From positions 1 through 38,899 of the forward strand of contig JBJHDK010000016.1 of NCBI GenBank assembly GCA_050486505.1: a stretch of 38,899 nucleotides of DNA. The letters are read 5' to 3'. Origin of the DNA: Fibrobacteria bacterium (GTDB lineage: Bacteria > Fibrobacterota > Fibrobacteria > UBA11236). Made by a program: the position numbers and the translations under genes. Of this stretch, positions 18,530 through 27,350 are shown piece by piece. The notes under the pieces are model-generated. The model made no database searches. It was not told where the DNA came from and worked only from the letters and a program-made list of their open reading frames with translations. Position 1 is the stretch's first letter; the number at the start of each line of letters is the position of its first letter.

Positions 18530-19387
18530 TCATTTTGCCTGCACGGGGCCGAGCTTCCCGAACAGGGCCGCGAATTCCTCTACCGACAAATCCTCGGCCC
18601 GGCTGTCCCCTCGAACCCCGATACCCTCAAGTGCCATCGTCGCCCGATCCTTGCCGTAGAAAGCTTCCAGAACGTTCGAAAGCTTTTTGCGGCGCTGCGA
18701 GAACGACAGGTCCACGAAAGCCTTGAATCCCGGGTGCTCGCACACGGGCTTCTCCCGCGGCGTGAGGCGCAGGGTGGCGGACCACACATTGGGGCGGGGC
18801 CGGAACGCTTCCGGGGGAACCTTGCGCAGCAGTTCCGCAGTAGCGTGGTTCTGGGCCATCACGGTGAGAAAACCGAAGTCCCGGGTATGCGGACGGGCAC
18901 AGATGCGTTTGGCCACTTCCAGTTGCAGCATGAACTGGGCGGAGCGGCAACGGTGCAAGGACGGAAACAGGCCGAACAGGATGGGTGCGGCCCGGTTATA
19001 GGGCAGGTTGCCGACCACGATCGGGCGCTGTCCGGATTCGGGGGCGTGTTTCTCCAGGATTTCACCCCAATCCACCCGGGTGGCGTCGGTCTCGATCACG
19101 TCGAGGTTTCCCCACTCCGGGTGCTTCGAAAGGTGTTCGACCCAGTGGGGATCGATCTCCAGAGCGGTCAGCTTTTGGCAACGGGGGGCCAACCTGCGGG
19201 TCAGGGCTCCCTGTCCGGGGCCGATTTCGACAATCCAGTCCGCGGGGTTCGAGGGAACGTCCTCGCAGATTCCCCGGATGACACTGTCGTCCACCAGGAA
19301 GTTCTGGCCGAACTTCCAGCGTGTCTTGCGGTCGTCGGAGGGGGGAGCACTACGGGAAGGAGGCTTGCGTGCGGGGCGCTTGGGCAT
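18530..19387 (-). CDS. rsmA: 16S rRNA m6,2A1518/1519 dimethyltransferase
   Basis: FGQNFL, VEIGPGQGALT, EID, GNLPYN, MLQLEVA, FRPRPNV.S, FSQRRKKL. Confidence 0.96.
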   Translation of the reverse strand: MPKRPARKPPSRSAPPSDDRKTRWKFGQNFLVDDSVIRGICEDVPSNPADWIVEIGPGQGALTRRLAPRCQKLTALEIDPHWVEHLSKHPEWGNLDVIETDATRVDWGEILEKHAPESGQRPIVVGNLPYNRAAPILFGLFPSLHRCRSAQFMLQLEVAKRICARPHTRDFGFLTVMAQNHATAELLRKVPPEAFRPRPNVWSATLRLTPREKPVCEHPGFKAFVDLSFSQRRKKLSNVLEAFYGKDRATMALEGIGVRGDSRAEDLSVEEFAALFGKLGPVQAK

Positions 19388-19459
19388 ATCGGCAAGGTAG
19401 GAATCACAAGGGATGATGCGTTTGCAGGCGCTCGTGGCGTATAACCGGGAGACGGACAT

Positions 19460-19569
19460 CAGGTGACAGGCAACAGGCAACAGGTGGCGCAGGAGCACGA
19501 GACAGGGCAATTCCAACTTCTTCGTTGAGACCCGGCACCTGTTACCTGACGCCTGACTGCTGATCCCTG
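19460..19569. repeat. Foldback element: CAGGYRR heptamer array, 47-bp core, inverted array
   Basis: CAGGTGA CAGGCAA CAGGCAA CAGGTGG (19460-19487); GCACCTG TTACCTG ACGCCTG ACTGCTG ATCCCTG (19535-19569). Confidence 0.75.
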
Positions 19570-19594
19570 TTTTCGGGTTCTACCTTTCCCCGCC

Positions 19595-20701
19595 ATGCCC
19601 GCAGTTAATGAAGAGTTGGTTCTGGCCGCGCTCAGCCATGTCCAGGATCCCGATTTGCACAAGGACATCGTCGCGCTGGGGTTCGTGAAGAACCTCGAAA
19701 TCGAAGGCGGCAAGGTCCGCTTCGACGTCGAACTGACGACCCCCGCCTGTCCCGTCAAGGAAGACCTCAAGCGACAGTGCGAACACATGGTGGGCGCGCT
19801 TCCCGGCGTCGAGGCCGTCGAGGTCAAAATGACCGCGCAAGCGCCCCGCGGAACCTCCTCGAAGCGCACGGAGTTGCTGAAAGGGGTGCGCCATCTCGTG
19901 GCCGTGGCCTCTGGCAAGGGTGGCGTTGGCAAGAGCACCGCCACGGCCAACCTGGCGGTGGCGCTCTCCAATGCCGGAGCGAAGGTGGGGGTTCTCGATG
20001 CCGACATTTACGGCCCCTCGATGAGCCTCATGTTCGGCGTGATCAAGGCCCCGCAAATCAACGAACAGCAAAAGCTGGTTCCCGTCACGGCAAGGGGCAT
20101 CAAGATCGTTTCCATGGCGATGTTCGAGCAGGGCGAGAAGGCGGTGGTCTGGCGGGGGCCGATGGTCTCGCAGATGATCCAGAATTTCGTCCACAACGTC
20201 GTGTGGGGGGAACTCGACTACCTCCTCATCGACATGCCTCCCGGCACGGGCGACGTGCAGATCACCCTGGGCCAGAGCGCCCCGCTTTCCGGGGCGGTCA
20301 TTTTGACGACCCCGCAAGACGTCAGCGTCCTCGACGCGAAGAAAGGGTTGAAAATGTTCCAGCAGGTGTCGGTGCCCGTGCTCGGCATCGTGGAAAACAT
20401 GAGCTACTTCATCTGCGACGGCTGCGAAAAGCGGCATTACATCTTCCGGCAGGGCGGGGGCCGCAGGGTGGCGGAATCCCTCGGGGTCCCCTTCCTGGGC
20501 GAGATCCCCCTCGAACCCGAGGTGGCCGAGGGTGGAGACGCCGGAACCCCCATCGTGGAACGTCGTCCGGGTTCTCCCGCAACCCAGGCTTACAAACGCG
20601 TTGCGGAATCAATGGTCTCCTCGCTGTCGATCCTTGCGGCGGGCGAAGCGGGTCTGCTCGGAGAATTCGACCTGAAGTGGGAAGAAGTGGAGCTCGCATG
20701 A
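19595..20701 (+). CDS. mrp: Mrp/ApbC/NBP35 Fe-S cluster carrier ATPase with N-terminal DUF59 domain
   Basis: DPDLHKDIV.LG, LTTPACP, SGKGGVGKST, DADIYGPS, WRGPM, DMPPGTGD, VENMS...CDGC. Confidence 0.95.
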   Translation: MPAVNEELVLAALSHVQDPDLHKDIVALGFVKNLEIEGGKVRFDVELTTPACPVKEDLKRQCEHMVGALPGVEAVEVKMTAQAPRGTSSKRTELLKGVRHLVAVASGKGGVGKSTATANLAVALSNAGAKVGVLDADIYGPSMSLMFGVIKAPQINEQQKLVPVTARGIKIVSMAMFEQGEKAVVWRGPMVSQMIQNFVHNVVWGELDYLLIDMPPGTGDVQITLGQSAPLSGAVILTTPQDVSVLDAKKGLKMFQQVSVPVLGIVENMSYFICDGCEKRHYIFRQGGGRRVAESLGVPFLGEIPLEPEVAEGGDAGTPIVERRPGSPATQAYKRVAESMVSSLSILAAGEAGLLGEFDLKWEEVELA

Positions 20702-21003
20702 TCGCGCCGGTTTCCCTGAAACGCGCGGATGACCGCACTCTCGTTGTTGAATGGAACGACGGACACCGGAGTGCCCTCGACGTCAAAATGCTGCGGCTGG
20801 CCTGTCCCTGTGCGGCCTGCGTCAACGAATGGACCGGGAAAAGAACGATCAGGCCCGACCATGTCCAGGACACCATTCGTCCCGTGCGCTTGTACTCGGT
20901 CGGCCGCTATGCCCTCGGAGTCACCTGGAACGACGGGCATTCCACCGGAATCTACGCCTACGATTACCTGCGCCGTCTCGAAGATTCGGCTCCGGTCGCC
21001 TGA
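20698..21003 (+). CDS. DUF971 (GBBH-like N-terminal) domain protein
   Basis: W.DGH, LRLACPCAAC, VGRYAL, W.DGHSTGIY..DYL. ATGA overlap with the mrp stop and a GGAG RBS. Confidence 0.9.
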   Translation: MIAPVSLKRADDRTLVVEWNDGHRSALDVKMLRLACPCAACVNEWTGKRTIRPDHVQDTIRPVRLYSVGRYALGVTWNDGHSTGIYAYDYLRRLEDSAPVA

Positions 21004-21122
21004 AAACCCGAAAAACACCAAGCCGTCGTTCATGGGAGCGCTTCAGGTTGTGATGCCGCAAAAACGGAGTTTAGATTTCCCCGAGGGAGAGGGGAACTGC
21101 GTCCCGGCGTAGTTCCCGTCGT

Positions 21123-21956
21123 ATGGTCGACTTAAACGAACAACTGTATTTCCGCGACTTGTATCGCTACCGCATCCTGACTCCCGAAGAGGAGAAGGAT
21201 TTGGTGCATCGTGTCAAGCGGGGGGATCCCACCGCGGTCAACCCTCTTGTTCTGGGAAACCTGCGTTTCGTGGTCTCCATTGCCCGCCGATATCAGGGCA
21301 AGGGGCTCTCCCTGCTCGAGCTCATCAACGAGGGCAACCTCGGCTTGTACAAGGCGGCCAAGCGTTACGACCCCTCGCGCGACGTGAAGTTCATCTCCTA
21401 CGCGGTGTGGTGGATCCGCCAGTCGATCCAGAAGGCGCTCTTCGAGCAAGTCGGCGCGGTGCGCATTCCCCCTAACAAGCTCGCCTTGGTGAATCGCTTC
21501 AAGCGCGCCCTGCTGCAAAACGGCGGCAACTACGAAAAGACCGTCGCCCTTCCCGAGTTCGAGTCCCACGAAAAGGAAATCGCCGAGATCATGGAGAAGA
21601 TCGCCGATGTCTCCCTGAACGCCCCCGTGGGCGGCGAGGGAGACGGCCGGGATCCCGTGACCACCTTGCTCGACGTGCTCGGCACCGAGGGGGGGCAGGA
21701 AATGGACGCGGAGAAGGCGGAGCTTTCCCGCTCCCTCGACTCCGTCCTCGGACAGATGTCCGAGCGCGAGGAAAAGGTTTTGCGCATGTACTACGGCATC
21801 AACTACGCTCGCGAGTTCACCCTGGACGAAATCGGGCGCGAGCTCAAGCTCACTCGCGAGCGGGTCCGCCAGATCAAGAATCGCTCCCTGCGCAAACTGT
21901 TGCGTTCGCGCGAGTCCAAGGAAAAGCTCCTCCCGTTCGTGAACGGCAACGATTGA
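21123..21956 (+). CDS. Second RpoD/SigA-like sigma-70 factor
   Basis: NLRFVVSIARRY, ELINEGNLGL, KFISYAVWWIRQSI, VRIP, TLDEIG...LTRERVRQI. Confidence 0.93.
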   Translation: MVDLNEQLYFRDLYRYRILTPEEEKDLVHRVKRGDPTAVNPLVLGNLRFVVSIARRYQGKGLSLLELINEGNLGLYKAAKRYDPSRDVKFISYAVWWIRQSIQKALFEQVGAVRIPPNKLALVNRFKRALLQNGGNYEKTVALPEFESHEKEIAEIMEKIADVSLNAPVGGEGDGRDPVTTLLDVLGTEGGQEMDAEKAELSRSLDSVLGQMSEREEKVLRMYYGINYAREFTLDEIGRELKLTRERVRQIKNRSLRKLLRSRESKEKLLPFVNGND

Positions 21957-22759
21957 AACGAGTCCTCATCACCGGCGCGTCGTCCGGCATCGGCCTCGCG
22001 GCCGGAAAGCTCCTGGCTGCCCGCGGCTACCGTGTCGTAGGATCCTGTCGCAATCCCTCCGCCGTTCCCGATCCGGGATTCCCGCTCATCGCGATGGACC
22101 AATCCGACCCTGAAGCCGTGGAACGGGGGTTTGCCGAAGCCGAAACCCTGCTGGGGGGTATCGACGTTCTCGTCAACAATGCGGGGGCCGGAGAGATCGG
22201 CGCCGTGGAGGACACTCCTCCCGAAGAAGCGCGGCGCATGTTCGAGGTCAATTATTTCTCGGCGGCGCGGTTGACGCAGTGTTGTCTTCCCGGCATGCGG
22301 GCACGCGGAGCCGGCGCAATCATCCAGATCGGGTCGATCGTTTACTCCCTGCAGTTTCCATTCAAGGCGCAGTATTGCGCGAGCAAGGCGGCTCTTTCGG
22401 GCTTCACGCTTTCGCTGCGGCATGAGGTCAAGCCTCACGGAATCCGCGTGCACCTGCTCGAACCGGGTTGGGTGCGCAGCGCGTTTCACGAGCGCTTGAA
22501 GCCCGCCGCTCCGGAAGGCTCCGTGTACGCGGAGCGCCTCCGGCCGTTCCTGGACTACTCGCGCGATCGCGACCCGCGCGTCACCGACGGAAACGACGTG
22601 GCGCAGGTCATCCTGCGCGTCATCGAAGACCCGAAGGCGCCCGTGCGCATCGCGGTCGGCAGGGACGCGAAGCTTTTCTTCTTCGTCAGTCGCTTCCTGA
22701 CGCACGGCATGGTGGACAGGCTGCTTGGCTGGAAGTTGTCGCGCAAAGGCGCCATCTAG
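21953..22759 (+). CDS. Short-chain dehydrogenase/reductase (SDR)
   Basis: ITGASSGIG, LVNNAG, YCASK, EPG. The TTG start overlaps the sigma-factor stop. Confidence 0.92.
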   Translation: MKRVLITGASSGIGLAAGKLLAARGYRVVGSCRNPSAVPDPGFPLIAMDQSDPEAVERGFAEAETLLGGIDVLVNNAGAGEIGAVEDTPPEEARRMFEVNYFSAARLTQCCLPGMRARGAGAIIQIGSIVYSLQFPFKAQYCASKAALSGFTLSLRHEVKPHGIRVHLLEPGWVRSAFHERLKPAAPEGSVYAERLRPFLDYSRDRDPRVTDGNDVAQVILRVIEDPKAPVRIAVGRDAKLFFFVSRFLTHGMVDRLLGWKLSRKGAI

Positions 22760-23361
22760 AAGGCCAGGCGCGCGGCCACCTTCTCCCAATCGACCACGTT
22801 CCACCAACTGTCCACCCAGTCGGGGCGGCGGTTCCGGAACTTGAGGTAGTATGCGTGTTCCCAGACGTCGATGGTCAGCAACGGCTTGACGCCGACGCTG
22901 AGCGGGCAATCCTGGTTGGGAAAATTGCGGATCGACAGTTTGCCATTCTTGTCCGCCACGAGGAAGGTCCACCCTGATCCGAACATGGCCAGTGCGGATT
23001 CCTTGAACGCCTTCCGGAAATCCCCGAAGCTTCCGAACGCGGAGTCGATCGCTGTGGCGAATTGCCCCGAGGGCGCTCCGCCCTTGCCCGGTCCCATGCA
23101 TTCCCAGAAAAAGTCATGGTTCCAGACGCCTCCCGCGTTGTTGGTCACCTTTTGCCGAATGGACTCGGGGACGTCCTCAAGTGAACGCAGAAGATTCTCG
23201 AGCGATTTTTCCCGGAGCGTCGGATGCCCTTCAAGCAGGGCATTGAGGTTGTTGACGTAGGTCTGGTGATGTTTGCCGTGGTGGATTTCGAGGGTTTCCC
23301 TGTCGTAGTGGGGTTCGAGGGCGTCGAGGGCATAAGGAAGAGGTTTCAGGGAATGGGTCAT
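22756..23361 (-). CDS. sodA: Fe/Mn superoxide dismutase, Mn-type signature
   Basis: LPYA.DALEP, HHGKHH, NNAGG.WNH, FGSGW, NQD, DVWEHAYY. The GG and NQD residues favour Mn. GGAGG RBS. Confidence 0.9.
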   Translation of the reverse strand: MTHSLKPLPYALDALEPHYDRETLEIHHGKHHQTYVNNLNALLEGHPTLREKSLENLLRSLEDVPESIRQKVTNNAGGVWNHDFFWECMGPGKGGAPSGQFATAIDSAFGSFGDFRKAFKESALAMFGSGWTFLVADKNGKLSIRNFPNQDCPLSVGVKPLLTIDVWEHAYYLKFRNRRPDWVDSWWNVVDWEKVAARLAF

Positions 23362-23563
23362 GGCGATGCCTCCGGAAATTGAATGCGCCGAAGCATGTGG
23401 AGCGTCCCCCTGCGCAGGGTGGATCGCGGAGAGAACCCCAGCCTGCTCTAGGGCGTGTTGCGGGTGAACTCTCCAATCTACGCGGGATGTTTCTGCGCAT
23501 CCAGCTTGTTTTGCAAAAATTCTAATGTTCCGGCCTCGGGAGAGAAACACAAAGGAGTTACAC

Positions 23564-24256
23564 ATGGAATGGGCATTGTTCAGTCAGGAAGGCTTGTTGT
23601 TCCTGCTTCGCTGGATCCACATCGTGGCCGGCGTCGCGTGGATCGGGATGCTGTGGTTTTTCAATTTCGCGCAAGGTCCCTTCATGAACCAGGTGGACGC
23701 CCCCGTGAAGACGGCGGTGACCCAGAAACTGGCCCCCGTCACCCTGTGGTACTTCCGCTGGGGCGCGATGATCACCTTCCTCAGCGGCTGGATCCTCATT
23801 TCGATCATGGGGCACAGCTGGGGCTTCGGGTACCTTGAGTCGTCGCGCGGCGTCATCATCCTCACGGGCGCGCTCATGGGCACGCTGATGTGGGCCAACG
23901 TGTGGTTCGTGATCTGGCCCCGCCAAAAGAAGGCCATCGCCGCCGCGAACGGCGAACAGGTCGAGGGTTTGCCCGCCATGGCGCGCCGCGCCTTCCTGGC
24001 TTCCCGCACGAACACCCTGCTTTCCATCCCGCTGCTGTTCATGATGGCAGGCGCCGTGCACCTGCCCGTCGCGATCACCGGGAATCTCGCCGTGTGGTAC
24101 ATCGTGGTGCTAGCCATCCTGGCACTGCTTGAAATCAACGCCCTGATGGCCGACAAGGGGCCGACCACCAAGCCCATCGAGAAGCCGAGCGGCGTCATCC
24201 ACATGGGCGTTTGGCTCACGGTCGTGCTTTACGTTCTGCTCGAGATCATCGCCTGA
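23564..24256 (+). CDS. PuuD-like (urate oxidase N-terminal/DUF989) membrane protein, short form
   Basis: LRWIHIVAGVAWIG, WYFRWGA..T.LSG, MWANVWFVIWP.QKK, SRTNTLLSIP; AAAGGAG RBS. Confidence 0.8.
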   Translation: MEWALFSQEGLLFLLRWIHIVAGVAWIGMLWFFNFAQGPFMNQVDAPVKTAVTQKLAPVTLWYFRWGAMITFLSGWILISIMGHSWGFGYLESSRGVIILTGALMGTLMWANVWFVIWPRQKKAIAAANGEQVEGLPAMARRAFLASRTNTLLSIPLLFMMAGAVHLPVAITGNLAVWYIVVLAILALLEINALMADKGPTTKPIEKPSGVIHMGVWLTVVLYVLLEIIA

Positions 24257-24258
24257 CC

Positions 24259-24645
24259 ATGATGCGCGGGGGCTTCTTCGCCATCGCCGCACGGAAAGGG
24301 GCCGCGTCCTTGGGCGCGGCCCTGTCCGTTTCGCTGGTTGTCCTGCTGGCCGCTTGCGGCGGGGAGCGGGCGGAGCGCTCTCCCGAAGAGGAAATGTTGC
24401 GCAAGGGGCGCGCCCTTTACGCGGTCAATTGTTCCGCGTGTCATCACCCGTCCCGCCCTGCGCAGGACGGGCCGCTGGGGCCCGGGCTGGGAGGGGTTTC
24501 CCTCGAAGTCCTGACGTCCAAGGTGCGCCACGGCACTTACCCCGAGGGGTACTCGCCCCGGCGTGACAGCCGCATCATGCAGGTTTTCCCGCACTTGGGC
24601 GATGACGACCTGCGTGCTTTGCACGCTTTTCTCCAATCCCTTTGA
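24259..24645 (+). CDS. Monoheme c-type cytochrome lipoprotein
   Basis: Lipobox LLAAC, G..LY...CSACH, GPGL, distal Met (RIMQVF). Confidence 0.85.
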   Translation: MMRGGFFAIAARKGAASLGAALSVSLVVLLAACGGERAERSPEEEMLRKGRALYAVNCSACHHPSRPAQDGPLGPGLGGVSLEVLTSKVRHGTYPEGYSPRRDSRIMQVFPHLGDDDLRALHAFLQSL

Positions 24646-24729
24646 AACCGCCTCCCTGCGGCGGGGCGATGGAAGGCGTGCGTTTCCATTAGCGTTTGCG
24701 CAAAAAATACCGCTTCGTTGCGTTTTTCT

Positions 24730-24759
24730 TTGCATCGGGTGGAGGGGGTAATCTATACT
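24730..24759 (+). promoter_or_regulatory. Putative sigma-70 promoter of the sugar operon
   Basis: TTGCAT-N18-TATACT, with a TTTGCGCAAA palindrome at 24695-24704 just upstream. Confidence 0.45.
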
Positions 24760-24838
24760 ATGCGGCCCCGGGAGCCGCCCGTCGGCGTTTCCGTGTGTCC
24801 CGAATTCCGTTTGAATTCAAGGGCGAAAGGAGCCTTGC

Positions 24839-26080
24839 ATGGCGGTGAAGCCGTTTGAACCGAAACCGATGAAACTCAGCGTCCTGACCGCAGCGTTGCA
24901 GGAACTGACTCCGCGTGAAAAGCGTGACGCCGATCCCGACCTCGCGGTGGAGGAGTGGCTGGAGTTTTCGCGGGAAATCGGTTCTCCGAACATCCAGCTT
25001 TCGGCAGCCCTGCACCCCACCGAAACCGACGTGCCGCCCGAGGCCCTGCTCGACCCCGTCGCAAACACCCTTGATCTGCGCAAGCCCTTCGACAAGGATC
25101 GTGCGAAGCGCGTTCTCTCCGCCATGCAGTCCACGGGCGTCGGGCTCTCGGACCTCGCCTACTTCGACAACATGCTCGTCGCCGACGACGCCGCGCGCAG
25201 GAAGAAGTACGACTTCATGCTGCGCGTGTTCGACGCGGCGGTGCTGCTCGGCACCGACGCCGTGTGCGGTTTCGTGGGACGCAACCCCAGGCTCGAAATG
25301 GACGAGAACCTCGTGATGTTCGAGGAAGTGTTCATTCCCCTGCTGAAGGAGGCGAAGGCGCGCGGCCTGACATACCGGGTGGAGCAATGTCCCATGCCGG
25401 GGTGGAACGTGACAGACAAGTGGCACAACAACATCGCGTACGCGCCGGGCCCCTGGATTGCCCTGCATCGCATTTGCGAGAAGCACGGGGTGGGCGACCA
25501 GTTCCGCATCCACTACGATCCTTCGCACTCGGTGCTGATGGGACAGGACACGCGTTCGATGTTCCAGTACCTGAAGGACGAGGGGTACAACTTCCTGATC
25601 GCCGGGTTCCACGTGAAGGGCCAGGTCGTCGATTCCCGCGGGGTCTCCGCCTGGGGTTACGGCGGCCAGACGATGCAGAGGGGAGACTGGTTGAACGGAA
25701 AGCCCAGCCCCAAGGTCGCGGACCACGTGAATGCGTGGAAGAAGCAAACCGCCCTGTGCGAGCACGAGCTCCCGGGCACTGCCAAGCACGATCCCCTGGC
25801 CTACCTGCAGAACCGTTCGGTGGACTGGCTCGACCACCAACTGGCGGCTCGCGAGTTGCTCGACCTTGATCCGGCGAACACCTATCTCGTGGTCGAACAC
25901 GAGTATCCGCCGGCCCGCATCCAGGACAAGGCAAGGCTTGCACCCATTCTCAAGGGATCGATGGCCTTCACGAAGGCGATCGATGAAGCCGCCGCGGCCA
26001 TGTATGCGCTGCAGCACGAGGTCATGGCCGCCCAGGGGATCCCCGTGCAGGGCTTCGGACGCGAAGCGTACCGGTCCTAG
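24839..26080 (+). CDS. Sugar phosphate isomerase/epimerase (xylose-isomerase-like TIM barrel)
   Basis: [25 protein letters not shown] and VVEHE metal-ligand pattern; AAAGGAG RBS. Confidence 0.85.
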   Translation: MAVKPFEPKPMKLSVLTAALQELTPREKRDADPDLAVEEWLEFSREIGSPNIQLSAALHPTETDVPPEALLDPVANTLDLRKPFDKDRAKRVLSAMQSTGVGLSDLAYFDNMLVADDAARRKKYDFMLRVFDAAVLLGTDAVCGFVGRNPRLEMDENLVMFEEVFIPLLKEAKARGLTYRVEQCPMPGWNVTDKWHNNIAYAPGPWIALHRICEKHGVGDQFRIHYDPSHSVLMGQDTRSMFQYLKDEGYNFLIAGFHVKGQVVDSRGVSAWGYGGQTMQRGDWLNGKPSPKVADHVNAWKKQTALCEHELPGTAKHDPLAYLQNRSVDWLDHQLAARELLDLDPANTYLVVEHEYPPARIQDKARLAPILKGSMAFTKAIDEAAAAMYALQHEVMAAQGIPVQGFGREAYRS

Positions 26081-26081
26081 C

Positions 26082-26105
26082 AGGGGCGACCCATGGGTCG
26101 CCCCT
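26082..26105. repeat. REP-like 24-bp perfect palindrome
   Basis: AGGGGCGACCCATGGGTCGCCCCT right after a stop codon; shares GGGCGAC-N6-GTCGCCC with 12527-12554. Confidence 0.7.
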
Positions 26106-26137
26106 CCCCTTCCCCTCACATAATCCAAGGAACAGTA

Positions 26138-27292
26138 ATGGCACGCAGGAAATTACGCGGAGGCATGGTCGGAGGCGGGATCGGTGCGTTCATCGGGCCC
26201 GTGCACCGCATGGCAGCGACGCTCGACGGCGAGGCGGAATACGTGGCGGGGGCGTTTTCGCGCGATCAGGAAAAGTCCCGCAAGTCGGGTGCGGAGCTCG
26301 GAATCGATGCGTCCCGCACATACTCCGATTTTCGCGAGATGGCGCGCAAGGAGGCGGCGTTGCCGCCCGAAAGACGCATCGATTTCGTGTCCATCGTGAC
26401 CCCCAACGCCGCCCATTTTCCCGCGGCAAAAGCCTTTCTGGAAGCGGGCATCAACGTCATCTGCGACAAACCGATGACGACCTCGCTCGCGGACGCGAAG
26501 GCGCTCCGCAAGCTCGTCGCTCGCACCGGCAAGGTGTTCGCCCTGACGCACAACTACACCGGTTACCCCATGGTCAAGCAGGCCCGTCACATGGTGAAGA
26601 AGGGGCTTCTGGGCAAGATCAACAAGGTCGTCTGTGAATATCCCCAGGGATGGATGAGCGGACTCATCTCCAATCCCGCGGGCGCCCTCGGCGCCTGGCG
26701 CATGGATCCAAAGGTCGCCGGCGGGTCCGGGTGCATGGGCGATCTCGGGACGCACTGCGAAAACCTGGTGCGCTACGTCACGGGGCTTGAGATCGAGGAG
26801 ATGTGCGCCGACCTCACATCCTTCGTCAAGGGGAACCGCCTTGAGGATGACGGGAACCTGTTGCTGCGTTTCAAGGGCGGCGCGCGCGGCGTGCTGTACG
26901 CCTCGCAGATCTCCGCCGGCGAAGAAAATCCCCTGAGCATCCGGGTCTACGGCACGAAGGGCGGGCTCGAGTGGCGGCAGGAGGATCCGAACTATCTGAT
27001 CGTCAAGGATCCGGCCGGCACGTGGACGCGCTGGTCGAAGGGCAACGACAACCTGTGCAAGGAGGCGCTTGAGGCGGGAAGGCTGATCTGGGGGCACCCC
27101 GACGGCTACATCGAGGCGTTCGCCAACATCTACCGCGAAGCATACCGGGCGATTCGTGCGGAGGTCGCGGGGAAGAAGGCGCCTGCGAGCGACTTCCCGA
27201 CGGTCGAGGACGGAGTCGCCGGCGTCGCGTTCATCGAGACCTTGCTTGCAAGCCACAAGTCCCGCGCGAAATGGACGCGGATGAAATCCTGA
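26138..27292 (+). CDS. Gfo/Idh/MocA family oxidoreductase
   Basis: GMVGGG.GAFIG.VHR, IVTPN, ICDKP, HNYTGYPMV, EYPQGW, GDLGTH, GHPDGY.EAFAN. Confidence 0.92.
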   Translation: MARRKLRGGMVGGGIGAFIGPVHRMAATLDGEAEYVAGAFSRDQEKSRKSGAELGIDASRTYSDFREMARKEAALPPERRIDFVSIVTPNAAHFPAAKAFLEAGINVICDKPMTTSLADAKALRKLVARTGKVFALTHNYTGYPMVKQARHMVKKGLLGKINKVVCEYPQGWMSGLISNPAGALGAWRMDPKVAGGSGCMGDLGTHCENLVRYVTGLEIEEMCADLTSFVKGNRLEDDGNLLLRFKGGARGVLYASQISAGEENPLSIRVYGTKGGLEWRQEDPNYLIVKDPAGTWTRWSKGNDNLCKEALEAGRLIWGHPDGYIEAFANIYREAYRAIRAEVAGKKAPASDFPTVEDGVAGVAFIETLLASHKSRAKWTRMKS

Positions 27293-27350
27293 TCTCCCCT
27301 CGCGGGAACACGAACCTATCACGCATGCCCTGCGGGGCGAGGAGACGACA

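Noticed and set aside
19777..21003. 408-aa ORF suggesting a long DUF971 protein or a programmed frameshift fusion with mrp
   Set aside because: The upstream part is low-complexity off-frame translation of mrp. I see no slippery heptamer near the junction, and the ATGA overlap plus RBS explains a separate gene from 20698.
22756..22759. Convergent overlap of the SDR and sodA stop codons (CTAG)
   Set aside because: Four-base overlaps of convergent stops are common and imply nothing specific.
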